DNA of 64,000 nt, taken from a virus (Duplodnaviria > Caudoviricetes). Both the position numbers and the translations under genes were made by a program. This document shows positions 10,400 through 19,901 of this stretch, piece by piece. The stretch's first letter is position 1, and each line of letters opens with the position of its first letter. The notes beneath the pieces are model-generated. The model saw only the letters and a program-made list of their open reading frames with translations. It had not been told where the DNA came from and did no database searches. Location: IMG/VR virus record IMGVR_UViG_2687453683_000002, positions 1 through 64,000 of that record; one strand, written 5' to 3'.

Positions 10400-10642
10400 C
10401 TAAATTAGGTCTAAACAGGCAAAACAGGAGTTAGCTTTTTTCCTGATAGCGTCGATATTTTCGTTCAATTTGATGTCCGAATTGTACAGGTCTCCGTAGC
10501 TTTCTTTCAGGGCATCCAGTTCCGCAGAGATAAGGCACTTGCCCTCCCCTTCAAGCACATTGGTATAATCCAGTCCCATATCAGAAACAGCCTTCCTGTT
10601 GTTCTGAAGAATTCCATAAACGTCCCTGAACTTAATTTTCAT
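10400..10642 (-). CDS. Hypothetical phage protein
   Basis: RBS AGGAGG; overlapping ATGA junction. Confidence 0.6.
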   Translation of the reverse strand: MKIKFRDVYGILQNNRKAVSDMGLDYTNVLEGEGKCLISAELDALKESYGDLYNSDIKLNENIDAIRKKANSCFACLDLI

Positions 10643-10932
10643 CGTCTTGTCCTCCTAATCGTGCTGAGACGGTTTGTGTAGTCTGCTGAGAAGCAGTCCT
10701 GAAGACACTGCTTGTTACCTTGAATAGAAGCCTGAAGCCCAGGGGTGGAAGATACGTTAGCATCCATGATGCGTTCTAGCAATGATTCAAGCTGATTCTT
10801 GTTCCTGCGAATTACGTCTACCGTGGCGGGCGACACATGCCGCATCGCTTGCTCCATATTCCGGATAGCACTCTCAATCATCTCTACTTGCTCTACTACA
10901 ACTCCAAGAGTGTAACCATAAGCCCTTTCCAT
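10639..10932 (-). CDS. Hypothetical phage protein
   Basis: RBS AGGAGGGG. Confidence 0.6.
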   Translation of the reverse strand: MERAYGYTLGVVVEQVEMIESAIRNMEQAMRHVSPATVDVIRRNKNQLESLLERIMDANVSSTPGLQASIQGNKQCLQDCFSADYTNRLSTIRRTRR

Positions 10933-11584
10933 TTTACCCCTCCTAGTAATATGCGTTTAAAGTGTCCTAGCATTTACGATTTACTCCACCTTTAATAGAT
11001 GACTTCCATTTACCTTTTTTCCAAAGCACGAAGTCATATAGGAGTCTGTTTTTAAAACACCATTCATGGCGTACCTGCATTTTTTTCTTATAGATCTAGT
11101 CCTTCGAGCGACGAATCATTTTCTTTGCTTGCTTCTCAGCGGTACGACGGGCGGCTCGGTTATAAGCCATAAATGGGATAGACTTGTCCAACTCCCCTGC
11201 TTTAATCAAAGAAGCTACATCAGATATCAACAGTGGGCTATTCCCCAGAATCATTGTGTTTTCGTTTTTGTCCATCATCAGTTTTACCTTCTTTCGTTTG
11301 AGGGTCATTGTACCTTTACTTCTTGCCACCCTTCTCACGATAGAACATGCCACCCCTCCATACGGGGTTATCCTCACCACGGAGCACAATAGGTACGAGT
11401 TTAATGACGTACAGGTGGATCTATTTTTCGTACTTTTTGTTCTTCTGTCCGTTCTCGTTCACTTCATAGGTAGTCGTTCTCAACTTGTTCGTTGAGTCCT
11501 TCAACCTTGGTCTATCCTTTTGACAATGTAACCACTTCTTATGTATGGTGTGACAAACCTCTCAATTAAGAGGGACAGTGTAAC

Positions 11585-12082
11585 CTAGATGGAAGGAGCG
11601 AACTTAAAAAATTGGCAGGTACAGTCGGGGTCATCGCATCCGTTAGCGTTAGTGTTCCGATCAGGAAGGATCTCTTGGTGCTCATAGTACCCTTGAGCTA
11701 CGACCGTGATGATACGGTCTTCATCGTGCATACGTATGATAGCTGAATCTCCTGCTCCGATGAAGTGGAACTTGCCTGCTTCTAGTTCTGCCTGTGCGGC
11801 AGAAACCAGACCACCCTGAATCTCTCCGTCGGTAAGTTCTCCGGCATTTCCGAAGTATTCAAAACCCTGTGGGAACAAAGGGACTGCGAAGGCTTCTTCT
11901 GACTTAAGTGTTTGTTCAGCTAAAGTGCTTTCTAATTCCTCGACACGTTTCGATAAGTCTTTATTTAACTTGACCGTCTCGTCATAGCGCGCGGCTTTTT
12001 GGATGATGGCAAGAAAGTCACCACCGTTCATGCTAGGCACTACAGGGAAACCGAAAGGCTTAAAGGAAATCTGTTTTGTCAT
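11585..12082 (-). CDS. Hypothetical phage protein (coiled coil, C-terminal Cys cluster)
   Basis: RBS GGAGGT; class A promoter upstream. Confidence 0.65.
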   Translation of the reverse strand: MTKQISFKPFGFPVVPSMNGGDFLAIIQKAARYDETVKLNKDLSKRVEELESTLAEQTLKSEEAFAVPLFPQGFEYFGNAGELTDGEIQGGLVSAAQAELEAGKFHFIGAGDSAIIRMHDEDRIITVVAQGYYEHQEILPDRNTNANGCDDPDCTCQFFKFAPSI

Positions 12083-12117
12083 TGTTGTTACCTCCGTTGT
12101 TTGTTTTACTGTTCCTA

Positions 12118-12150
12118 TAGTGGTCGCTCCATAACAGCTGGTAGTTGCGA
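12118..12150 (-). promoter_or_regulatory. Class A phage promoter (TCGCAAC-N17-CGACCACTA)
   Basis: Matches the repeated motif. Confidence 0.7.
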
Positions 12151-12259
12151 TTGATTCTGTAACTTCGCCGTTAGTAATACGTGTGAAGCTGGCATTCGGA
12201 CCCTCAGCTGCATCTTTGTTCTTGCACCTCCCATATAGTTAACGAACAACTAATAGAAG

Positions 12260-12407
12260 GCCTGGATATTAGCTATTATAGGCTTGGAACGTATGTCATA
12301 AACGTGAGTAGCCGCAGAAAAGAGTAAGTCTCGATAGAAATTCGTGCGGGGGTAAAACTCAGCAAAGAAGTACAACCTTAGTGGGCAGGATTCGAACCTA
12401 TCCAGGC
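12260..12407 (-). ncRNA. Candidate structured ncRNA, rod-like, with tRNA T-loop
   Basis: Terminal stem GCCTGGATA/TATCCAGGC, three further nested stems, and an AGG-TTCGAAT-CCT hairpin. Confidence 0.45.
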
Positions 12408-12412
12408 TACTA

Positions 12413-12742
12413 TTAAATAGTTGTGTTATTGGTAGGCTCGGTTGCCTCCTCTTTCACTTCTTTTGCTTGTAATGTCCAGTATGCCACCTTTGTAAAGTGA
12501 ACCCCTGATACCTCACCCAAGATGTTTTCTACGGCGAATACTTCACCTTCCTTTTGATACTTACGGAATATTTTCTTGTATTCTTCCTGTACGTCTTTAG
12601 CCGCTTTGAGGATTATTTCCACAGGCTTATCTACGCCATCCTCGACAATCTTACCTTTAAGCTTAGGGTCAATCTCGAACCATTCCACCCTCTTAACTTC
12701 ACCGTTGTCAAGGAAAAAATTAGCTGTTATCTGAACCTTCAT
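12413..12742 (-). CDS. Hypothetical phage protein (start revised to MKVQITANF)
   Basis: RBS GAGGGTG before ATG 12742; the upstream part of the 210-aa ORF overlaps another gene. Confidence 0.55.
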   Translation of the reverse strand: MKVQITANFFLDNGEVKRVEWFEIDPKLKGKIVEDGVDKPVEIILKAAKDVQEEYKKIFRKYQKEGEVFAVENILGEVSGVHFTKVAYWTLQAKEVKEEATEPTNNTTI

Positions 12743-13076
12743 TCTTAAAGTCACCCTCTTCGTCTGTATACTGGTATTCTTTAAAGTCTTTAATGTGAAT
12801 CTCAATGCTCTCCATCCATTCACCTTGCTCGTTAAGCATCTGTTCGATCTCCATGAGTTTCTGAAGGTTGTACTTGCTGATCGGAGGAACGATAGATTCC
12901 TCACCCTCGTCGTACCGAACCCACCACCTGCGGACAGTCTCGATAGTAAATGTCTGATTGATGAAGTTACCGCAGAGACTGCACCACAGCACCAACGCCT
13001 TATCACATTCCATCTCTTCAGGTGTAAAAGAAGAACGTGCCCCACAGTGGGGGCACTTGTTTAAGAATCCTATCAT
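12720..13076 (-). CDS. Zn-ribbon protein
   Basis: CPHCG...CSLCG; RBS GAGGTG. Confidence 0.6.
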   Translation of the reverse strand: MIGFLNKCPHCGARSSFTPEEMECDKALVLWCSLCGNFINQTFTIETVRRWWVRYDEGEESIVPPISKYNLQKLMEIEQMLNEQGEWMESIEIHIKDFKEYQYTDEEGDFKNEGSDNS

Positions 13077-13092
13077 TCATGTCACCTCTCTA

Positions 13093-13124
13093 TAATGGTC
13101 AGCGTATGATTAGCGGAGTTACAA
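13093..13124 (-). promoter_or_regulatory. Class A promoter variant (TTGTAAC-N16-TGACCATTA)
   Basis: Degenerate match upstream of 13076. Confidence 0.45.
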
Positions 13125-13163
13125 AGCCCTTTCTTCAGGTCTTCAAAACTAGCTTTAAACCTT

Positions 13164-13475
13164 TTACTTATTTGCGCTCTTGTCTGCTAAGCTGTGGGAA
13201 GGTTTAATGAAGGATGCCAGCAATGCAATACCTGCAAAGATTTGTGGTAAAGCGGAAGCGGGAATTGCTGTGTGGAAAATAGCACTCAGCGTACCAGCTA
13301 CGAATGAACCCGCAATGAGTTTTAACCCGAACCCGATAACCCAACCTACCAAGAGAGCAAACAAAGTTTTAAGTAGAATAGTACTAATAATAATTGCTAA
13401 CGCTCCTGCAACTCCGACTGCTCCTGCCGCACCAATACCCAAACCTGCCAATAACGCTCCGACTACTTTTTTCAT
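13164..13475 (-). CDS. Small multi-pass membrane protein
   Basis: Mostly hydrophobic Gly/Ala-rich helices; RBS AAGGGAG. Confidence 0.6.
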   Translation of the reverse strand: MKKVVGALLAGLGIGAAGAVGVAGALAIIISTILLKTLFALLVGWVIGFGLKLIAGSFVAGTLSAIFHTAIPASALPQIFAGIALLASFIKPSHSLADKSANK

Positions 13476-13690
13476 TGTCGAATCTCTCCCTTAAAGTATT
13501 TGAAGTAGTCATGCTGATCACTTAATGGCTCGTACTTGATTCCGTTATCGGCGGGATACGACTCAGTGTGAATTACTTTTAATTCCTGAATCTCTTTAGG
13601 TATTCCATTAGGGTAAGCCGCACAGGTCATGTTCTCCCGTTCGTCCCTATTAAAGTGCTTGCAGAATATGCAAGGAATTGTAATATCCAT
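13472..13690 (-). CDS. Small Cys/His protein (CxxCKH...C.AYP.GIP...H...P.DNGI)
   Basis: Motif like that of small proteins often found after phage MuF/gp7 extension genes; RBS GAGGGG. Confidence 0.65.
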   Translation of the reverse strand: MDITIPCIFCKHFNRDERENMTCAAYPNGIPKEIQELKVIHTESYPADNGIKYEPLSDQHDYFKYFKGEIRQ

Positions 13691-13885
13691 TATAAAAATC
13701 CCCTCTCCATTACTGCCAATTCCATCTCTTTCGTAAACGTGACTGATTGAGTTTCTTCTATATAAAGGCGCTTCACTCAGACAGGCAAGGCAACGTAAGA
13801 CGCTTTTAGGAAGTTTGCTCCCTCTTACAGAGATATAGTGCTGTTATTAAAGAGATGATTTTATGAAACACATGTTGGCACATCG

Positions 13886-15004
13886 TTACCACCCCTCACA
13901 TTTGAATCCACCGTACTGCTCGTACCACTCCCATATCTTCGCATCAATAGGTACTCCAGTTATCTTGGCGGTGAATGTTTCAGGCATCAACTCAATAGGA
14001 AACCACTTGGTTGCATAGTTACAAAGGTGGTTCGCAATATACGTCGATTCCGCATTGGTGAGGATTGTCTTCGCTCCATAGTTGTCTGGGTCAAGGGCAG
14101 AGTACGTATAGAACTGTTGTGCTCCAATGTTGTGATAATGAAGCCAGTGCCCAATCTCATGAATGACCGTCCTCAGTTTATTAGGAGAGGACTTCTGTCC
14201 AGTATCGTATTCCATTTGAGCAATGACATCAGCGTTGGCGTAGTCATACGTCTTACTTACGACAACCTTTCCAGAGGAAGGGTCAAAGTATCCATTCGCA
14301 CCATTACCGTTCTCAATCTTAATTGTTAGCTTATGCTTCTGAATCATATCAGCGAAGCCGCCGCAGGTATTCAGGAGTAACGCCAATGCTTCGGTCACAT
14401 AGTTAGCGGCATCAATCTTCTTAGCGAAGTTTACTGACACTCCTAAGTTACTTGCCCACTTCTCAGCTTCAACAACGGAAGTAAACGGTTGCCACGTAAC
14501 AGGAAGCTGTATGCCACTTTCCGGTGCGTCCGGTGGTTGTTGGTCTTCGGCTGGCTCTTCGGGCGGGTCAGGGTAGTTACCTAAATCAGTTGTTCCGGTG
14601 AGTACAAGGTTAACGTCAGGCTCAGTAAGGAAGTGGAACATCAACTCAAGGTTCTTTCCGTCTCCGTGTGGTGTGTGGTACTCGAACAGGAACTCTTTAC
14701 CTGCCACCACTGGATGCGCTACCTGAAAGTACAAGCCTTCCTCGTAATTCTTGCAATGAATGTTCTTGGCGAGTACCTTTCCGTCCACAGTTAAATTCCA
14801 GTAGTCTTCGACGGTATTCATGTTCGTTCTGATGGATACCGCAAAGAACTCAAGGTCATGGGACATTGTGAAGGTATCTTTGATCATCCTATCCCCGTTC
14901 GCCTTAGCAGGAACCATGATTGCCCTGCCCACAAAATGAGGGTGAGGTTTGGTAGGGTAGTAGGGTGGGTCTAGTCGCCCACCAACAGCATAACGATCTA
15001 ACAT
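13886..15004 (-). CDS. Virion-type N-domain (GGRLDPP) fused to an HEXXH zinc-peptidase-like domain
   Basis: N-terminus similar to 57970..58356; Pro/acidic linker; HEIGHWLH followed by a downstream E..PE.F. Confidence 0.75.
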   Translation of the reverse strand: MLDRYAVGGRLDPPYYPTKPHPHFVGRAIMVPAKANGDRMIKDTFTMSHDLEFFAVSIRTNMNTVEDYWNLTVDGKVLAKNIHCKNYEEGLYFQVAHPVVAGKEFLFEYHTPHGDGKNLELMFHFLTEPDVNLVLTGTTDLGNYPDPPEEPAEDQQPPDAPESGIQLPVTWQPFTSVVEAEKWASNLGVSVNFAKKIDAANYVTEALALLLNTCGGFADMIQKHKLTIKIENGNGANGYFDPSSGKVVVSKTYDYANADVIAQMEYDTGQKSSPNKLRTVIHEIGHWLHYHNIGAQQFYTYSALDPDNYGAKTILTNAESTYIANHLCNYATKWFPIELMPETFTAKITGVPIDAKIWEWYEQYGGFKCEGW

Positions 15005-15778
15005 TACTGACCTCCCTCAGTCTTGGAATCCATTATCTCTGTAATCACCCTAAGACGGAACCCACAGGTTGCTTTGAGGTCCTGGAACTCTTCCATAACT
15101 TTATCCTTGTGATGTTTTACAAGTGCCAAGCGCCTAAAAGCATCCTTGTTTTCACGGTATCTGGCCTTCTTTCCCGCAAGATGCGTATCCCTGTGTTCGT
15201 GGTATTGCATAATCGCCCTTATTCTCCGGTCACAACAAGTGAATAGATGATTACTGCTACATTTTTTTTGGAATGTCTTACCGCTTTTCTTGCAAACCAA
15301 GCCCTGTTTTGCTCTAGGTTTGTAAGGCGCAACGGAGGTCATACCCCCTAGTTCTTTAAAGTCAGTTGTCAAGTTAGACCAATTAATAGTTGAAATTTTG
15401 GGTATCACTTTAACTACTCCCATCTGTCGGAGAACTTTGTATAGCAAGTACGGAGGGTGAAGATACCTTCTCTTTTCCATGGCTGGCTTTGTTCTCATAT
15501 CTTTACGAATTCCTATGTAATCTCTGAGCAATCTCCAACCTTGACCAAGTTTCCGTAACGATAATACTTACTGAAGATGATTAAGCTAATCGTCTTCTCT
15601 GACACCCTTTTTCAGAAGAACACCGCCAACAGAGACGTATCTTGAACCAGCGTATTTTTCCTCAGCTACATCGTTCGAGTCATCCCAATGGGCATTCATC
15701 TTGTTTACGTCATTGATGGTGTTACCGCCTATGTTAAGCAGAACCTCTTGCAATGGCTCATCACTCATGTGTTTCCTC

Positions 15779-15982
15779 CTAGTGTAAAATAGTTGGTTCG
15801 CCGTTCATCTGCTCAACTTGATTCATGACTTGCATCATCTCTTGAGCGAAGGTGATAATCATTGCTGCTGCTATATCAGAATCGACTTCCTCTTGCCGAC
15901 CGCCATTCTTAGCGATGTTCTTTGCCGTGTGAGCAACCTTTCCTACGATGATTTCTGTGTATTGTTCTGTTGTCATCTTCAT
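15779..15982 (-). CDS. Hypothetical phage protein
   Basis: RBS AGAGG; class A promoter upstream. Confidence 0.55.
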   Translation of the reverse strand: MKMTTEQYTEIIVGKVAHTAKNIAKNGGRQEEVDSDIAAAMIITFAQEMMQVMNQVEQMNGEPTILH

Positions 15983-16003
15983 AGCTTGTCGCCTCTTTCT
16001 CTA

Positions 16004-16036
16004 TAGTGGTCGCTACATAGTCTCGGATAGTTGCAA
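16004..16036 (-). promoter_or_regulatory. Class A phage promoter (TTGCAAC-N17-CGACCACTA)
   Basis: Matches the repeated motif. Confidence 0.7.
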
Positions 16037-16196
16037 AATCAAATTTTCAAGAGTGCGAAAGCAGAAACGCCCATCTTCTTGCTCAGACCTAACTGCCCTT
16101 CATAAACAACTCAAGAGTGGATTAAAAATTCAAAGGACGAATACTCGACCGCTCCGTAGTGACGGTCTTCCTTGTTCCGTTCAATGTCTCCGATTC

Positions 16197-16580
16197 TCAT
16201 ACGCTGAATGTCCCCGCTTTACGTCCAACCTGAAGCTTGTTAGATTGCAGGATGTAAAGGAGTTGAGCAGTTGTCACAGAACCACCGAACTTACTTTCAA
16301 TCTCACGAGTCAGAACATCTTGAGCACGTTCAGGTCCCGGCAGGATTACGGCAGGTTCTTCGACCAAAGTGTAGCTGTGAATACCGTCACCCAAGTTGTC
16401 AACACGAATCTTGTAGCCTTGCTTGTACAGTTCTTGGAGACGTGCCGCCCAACGCTGGCTGATTTCGTACAGTTCGTAGTTAGCCAATCCTTTAGAACCT
16501 GCGTTACGCAGTGCGTTCAGCACCATCACTCGTTGAGAAGTACGCTTCTGCTTACTAGGGTTGGATTTTGCTGTTGTCAT
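16197..16580 (-). CDS. Winged helix-turn-helix protein (start revised to MTTAKSNP)
   Basis: VLNALR...WAARLQELYKQGYKI wHTH pattern; RBS GGAG; a promoter overlaps the longer ORF start. Confidence 0.6.
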   Translation of the reverse strand: MTTAKSNPSKQKRTSQRVMVLNALRNAGSKGLANYELYEISQRWAARLQELYKQGYKIRVDNLGDGIHSYTLVEEPAVILPGPERAQDVLTREIESKFGGSVTTAQLLYILQSNKLQVGRKAGTFSV

Positions 16581-16624
16581 GTGTCCCTGGCTCCGTTTCG
16601 ATTGTTTGTTTTGCATTACACTCA

Positions 16625-16657
16625 CAGTAGTCAAGCCATCGACGTAAAAAGGTGCGA
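16625..16657 (-). promoter_or_regulatory. Class A phage promoter (TCGCACC-N17-TGACTACTG)
   Basis: Matches the repeated motif. Confidence 0.65.
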
Positions 16658-16663
16658 TAAAAT

Positions 16664-16688
16664 AAAAAGACCCCCGAAAGGATCTTTT
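16664..16688 (-). terminator. Intrinsic terminator
   Basis: AAAAGACCCC-CGAA-AGGATCTTTT-type hairpin with a T-run on the minus strand. Confidence 0.55.
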
Positions 16689-17124
16689 AGGTCTTCTTGG
16701 CTTGAACTCTTGAGGTTAAGTTAACCATCGCCAGAGTAGGTACAGAAGCCGAAACGGGCGGCTGGACTTGGTATGGCTTATCTCCTATAAAGGCAGTAGC
16801 GCCATTACCGGACACCGCTATTGTTACGTTTGCCTCCTTATCTACTGCTTCAATGACAAGCACAGTTCTTGGGTTATCGTCGTGGATACCGCCCACCTTG
16901 GCGTAAACAGGGCATCCTGCCGCTGTTAATCTACTTGCGATATGCTGAACCAGTTCGGAGGTTACATGCGTATGGCTGGTCTTATACTCCCCTACGTTTA
17001 ATGTGATGGGGTAATCCGTTCCGTTGACAGTAACGACGATGTTGTCATTAGCTCCAGTTTTAATCTCTGTGTCTTGTGCAAGAGAAACGTTTCCCCACAC
17101 CCTAATCCCTGAAGCTGTTGCCAT
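16687..17124 (-). CDS. Putative late/virion protein (beta-rich)
   Basis: RBS AAGGAG; own class B promoter and terminator; Thr/Val/Ala-rich. Confidence 0.65.
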   Translation of the reverse strand: MATASGIRVWGNVSLAQDTEIKTGANDNIVVTVNGTDYPITLNVGEYKTSHTHVTSELVQHIASRLTAAGCPVYAKVGGIHDDNPRTVLVIEAVDKEANVTIAVSGNGATAFIGDKPYQVQPPVSASVPTLAMVNLTSRVQAKKT

Positions 17125-17153
17125 GTTATCACTCCTTTCAGACTTGCTATCTT

Positions 17154-17183
17154 CAATATAAGGTACTTACCTTAGTTAGTAAC
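17154..17183 (-). promoter_or_regulatory. Class B phage promoter (GTTA-N17-CTTATATTG)
   Basis: Matches the repeated motif. Confidence 0.65.
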
Positions 17184-17203
17184 AAATAACAAAGAAGCCG
17201 TTA

Positions 17204-19795
17204 TTATGTGGCCTCCTCTTCTTCCTCTTCGTCATCCTTCTCAGCAAACATACCGACTTCATACTCTATACCGAACTTGGAAAGCTTCTTCTTAACCTCT
17301 TCCTCAAAGATATCTCTCCAATCCAAAGCACCTTCGTTCATAAGACGGATTTGCTCTTGCGAGAAGTTGCCGCCCCAATAAGGAGATACCTCAATATCCG
17401 ATTTGAATTGGACTCCTGCATCGTTAGGGATAACATTAGCCATTGTATCTGTAATCGCCTTTAGTACGGCTAGGTCAACGGTCTCAGGGGCATCGAAAAT
17501 CAACTCGTCGTGTACTTGAAGGACAAGGTGGATATCATCCTTCTCAAGTTGAGACACATAGCCGTTAATTACCCACTCACGACGGTTTAAGCACGTAGTT
17601 CCGTCTGGTCGTTTAGGGTAGAACAGTTCCACCATCGCCTTCTTGGATTGGTCAGCGCTTGAGCCCTGGATTTTGGCATTACAACTCTGCCGCTTGCACT
17701 TTTCAATTTTCCAGTGCCAACCAGAACGCTTCCACAAATCCTCCTGTTTAGCTTCAGCAATGATCTCACCGAATCTGCGTTTGCGTCCAAGAACAGTCTC
17801 AATGTAGCCCTTCTCCATAACCTCTTTGTGGGTTGTTCCTTCCCACCTAAGGTAGTTAGGCATGGAGGACTTAAAGCCGTCAATCAGTTCCTTTGCTTCC
17901 TCTTTACTGGATTCAATTTGGTCACTTAAGCCCAAGTCCGTAATACCGTAAATTACACCGAATACTACGGACTTGGTTTTCTTACGAAGTAACTCAAAAA
18001 ATGCGGAAAGGCGTTCAATGGTCAGACGGACAATCTCCGTAGTAGAAGAGTTAGTGCCCTGTTCTTTACTGTTCATATAAGTTATTGCATAGATAAGTTC
18101 ATGAGAACCTGCATATTTCGTAATCGCTTCATCTACGTTAATGCTGGTCTCTTCTTCTGAATCCCCCTTGTAACCCCGAATCGTCTCGAACATATCATAG
18201 TCGAAGCTGTGAATCTGGCATGTTACCCGACTGTGCATATCAAGCCCTAGCTTGAAGATATCAATGAGGGTTTGTTCCTGAGTAAAGATAGCCAACCAGC
18301 GCAATTCCTGTTGCGAGAAGTCTCCGCTAACCAGTAGTCTCCCACTAGGGGCACGGAAGGCATAGCGAATCAGGTCAAATTTAGATGGAATTTGCTGAAG
18401 GTTTGGTGCTGAACAGGAAACACGTCCAGTCCTTACCAGTTGGTTGTAGGAACAGTGGATGATTCCTTCTACCGTATCGTCAGGAAGCTTATTACAGAAG
18501 GCATCAATTAGCTTCGACAGCCCACGGTATTCCAGAATATAGTCGATAATTTTGTGAGTCTTATCACCAAGGGTCACGGTTACCTTCTTATTCCTTGTAA
18601 GTACCTTCTTACTTGTAGACAGCTTAGGTACTTTACGCTTTAGGTCTTTGTCGTAAACCATTTCAGCCTCAAGAATCTTATGATCTACGTATAGTTTGCT
18701 GGCTAGTTGTGCGGGGGAGCCTAGGTTAAACTCTTCCACTACTTCGTACTCTTCCTTAAACTTAATCCCTTGTCGCTGTCGGGTTCGTGACTTAATAAGA
18801 GTAATCGTTCCGCCTAAGACGGCGAAAATATCTGCCTTAAGTTCGTCCAATTTCTCTTGTAGAACCTTACCAATAATATCTTTCAGAAACTTGGAGTCTA
18901 GCTCTACTCCCCGTCGTTCTGCTGTAGCAAAAACAGCCAGCAATGGCATCTCAACTTCTCGGAAAAGACGGTAAACGCCGTCAAGTCCAAAAGATGGATT
19001 TTCCACAATGCTTTTTTGATATCTGAACACCCAATGAGTCATGAATACGTCATGGCAAGCATAGTAGTTAGCAAGCCTGTGAGGTATACTATCGAATGGA
19101 ATCTTGTCGAACATGCTACCGAACCTAAAAGTTGGGCGGCTAAGTTCATCATGGCTCAATTTACCTTGCTCGATTAGCCAAGGAAGAGCGTAAGAGTTGT
19201 ACCATTCTTTCAGACCTTTTGGTTTATTTTCGTTTAATAAACTGCCCATAATTATCGTGTCCCAATGAATATTAAACGTAATGTCAATATCTGCCCAATT
19301 CTTGAGTGCGTGAATGTCAAACTTTGCATTTGCCATGACAATCATATCTTCTTCTTCTAACAATGGTTTAAGGGCGGTTGATACCGCGTCAAATGACAAA
19401 CATTCAACATTTATCGACATTTCATGTAAAAAAGGGCGCATGGGTATATTAAAATACTCTTCTGATTCAAAACCTATGGAAATTGAGATTAAAGTGTCCC
19501 GCCAGTTGTTTAGTCCATAAGTTTCAGTGTCGAGATAGACATAGGCATCGCCTTGATACATCGTTTTATATGCTTTGTAGTAGTTGACTAATCGCTGAAG
19601 TAGCTCAGGAGTATTGATGAGCGTGTAATTGTCAGGCATGACGATCGATGCTTCTACGTCTAAGATTTTCTGTTCTTTCTTAGTGAGTTTCTTCGCCTTT
19701 TTAACTATTTCTGTATTCCTAGTGCGTGTGGTTCGGGCAGACTTCTTTTCGCCCTTAGTTAAAATATTGATGACTTCGTTATCTGACATACTCAC
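17204..19795 (-). CDS. polA: Phage family A DNA polymerase with 3'-5' exonuclease
   Basis: DTET, NAKFD and YACHD exonuclease motifs; motif A DFSQQELR; motif B RKKTKSVVFGVIYG; motif C QVHDEL. Confidence 0.95.
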   Translation of the reverse strand: MSMSDNEVINILTKGEKKSARTTRTRNTEIVKKAKKLTKKEQKILDVEASIVMPDNYTLINTPELLQRLVNYYKAYKTMYQGDAYVYLDTETYGLNNWRDTLISISIGFESEEYFNIPMRPFLHEMSINVECLSFDAVSTALKPLLEEEDMIVMANAKFDIHALKNWADIDITFNIHWDTIIMGSLLNENKPKGLKEWYNSYALPWLIEQGKLSHDELSRPTFRFGSMFDKIPFDSIPHRLANYYACHDVFMTHWVFRYQKSIVENPSFGLDGVYRLFREVEMPLLAVFATAERRGVELDSKFLKDIIGKVLQEKLDELKADIFAVLGGTITLIKSRTRQRQGIKFKEEYEVVEEFNLGSPAQLASKLYVDHKILEAEMVYDKDLKRKVPKLSTSKKVLTRNKKVTVTLGDKTHKIIDYILEYRGLSKLIDAFCNKLPDDTVEGIIHCSYNQLVRTGRVSCSAPNLQQIPSKFDLIRYAFRAPSGRLLVSGDFSQQELRWLAIFTQEQTLIDIFKLGLDMHSRVTCQIHSFDYDMFETIRGYKGDSEEETSINVDEAITKYAGSHELIYAITYMNSKEQGTNSSTTEIVRLTIERLSAFFELLRKKTKSVVFGVIYGITDLGLSDQIESSKEEAKELIDGFKSSMPNYLRWEGTTHKEVMEKGYIETVLGRKRRFGEIIAEAKQEDLWKRSGWHWKIEKCKRQSCNAKIQGSSADQSKKAMVELFYPKRPDGTTCLNRREWVINGYVSQLEKDDIHLVLQVHDELIFDAPETVDLAVLKAITDTMANVIPNDAGVQFKSDIEVSPYWGGNFSQEQIRLMNEGALDWRDIFEEEVKKKLSKFGIEYEVGMFAEKDDEEEEEEAT

Positions 19796-19901
19796 ACTCC
19801 CTATAGATATGAAAATAACGTTGTGATGGATATTATTGACTGTCGTGTTTAAATAGGGTATTTAATAACCAGGGTCGTCTCAGCTCCTTACTCATTACAG
19901 A

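Noticed and set aside
12380-12407. tRNA gene or tRNA-derived att site
   Set aside because: Only a T-loop is present, with no anticodon arm or cloverleaf in normal order and no second copy in the window. Kept as an ncRNA candidate instead.
15004-15768. 175-aa and 60-aa ORFs as functional genes
   Set aside because: They look like pieces of one reading frame broken by stops; no family recognised.
15948-16724. 258-aa plus-strand ORF, and other long plus-strand ORFs such as 45127..45972 and 60608..61579
   Set aside because: Antisense shadows of real minus-strand genes, with no recognisable motifs.
17990-18210. Intein or intron in polA
   Set aside because: The insert is in frame and short, and lacks C/S...HN ends and endonuclease motifs.
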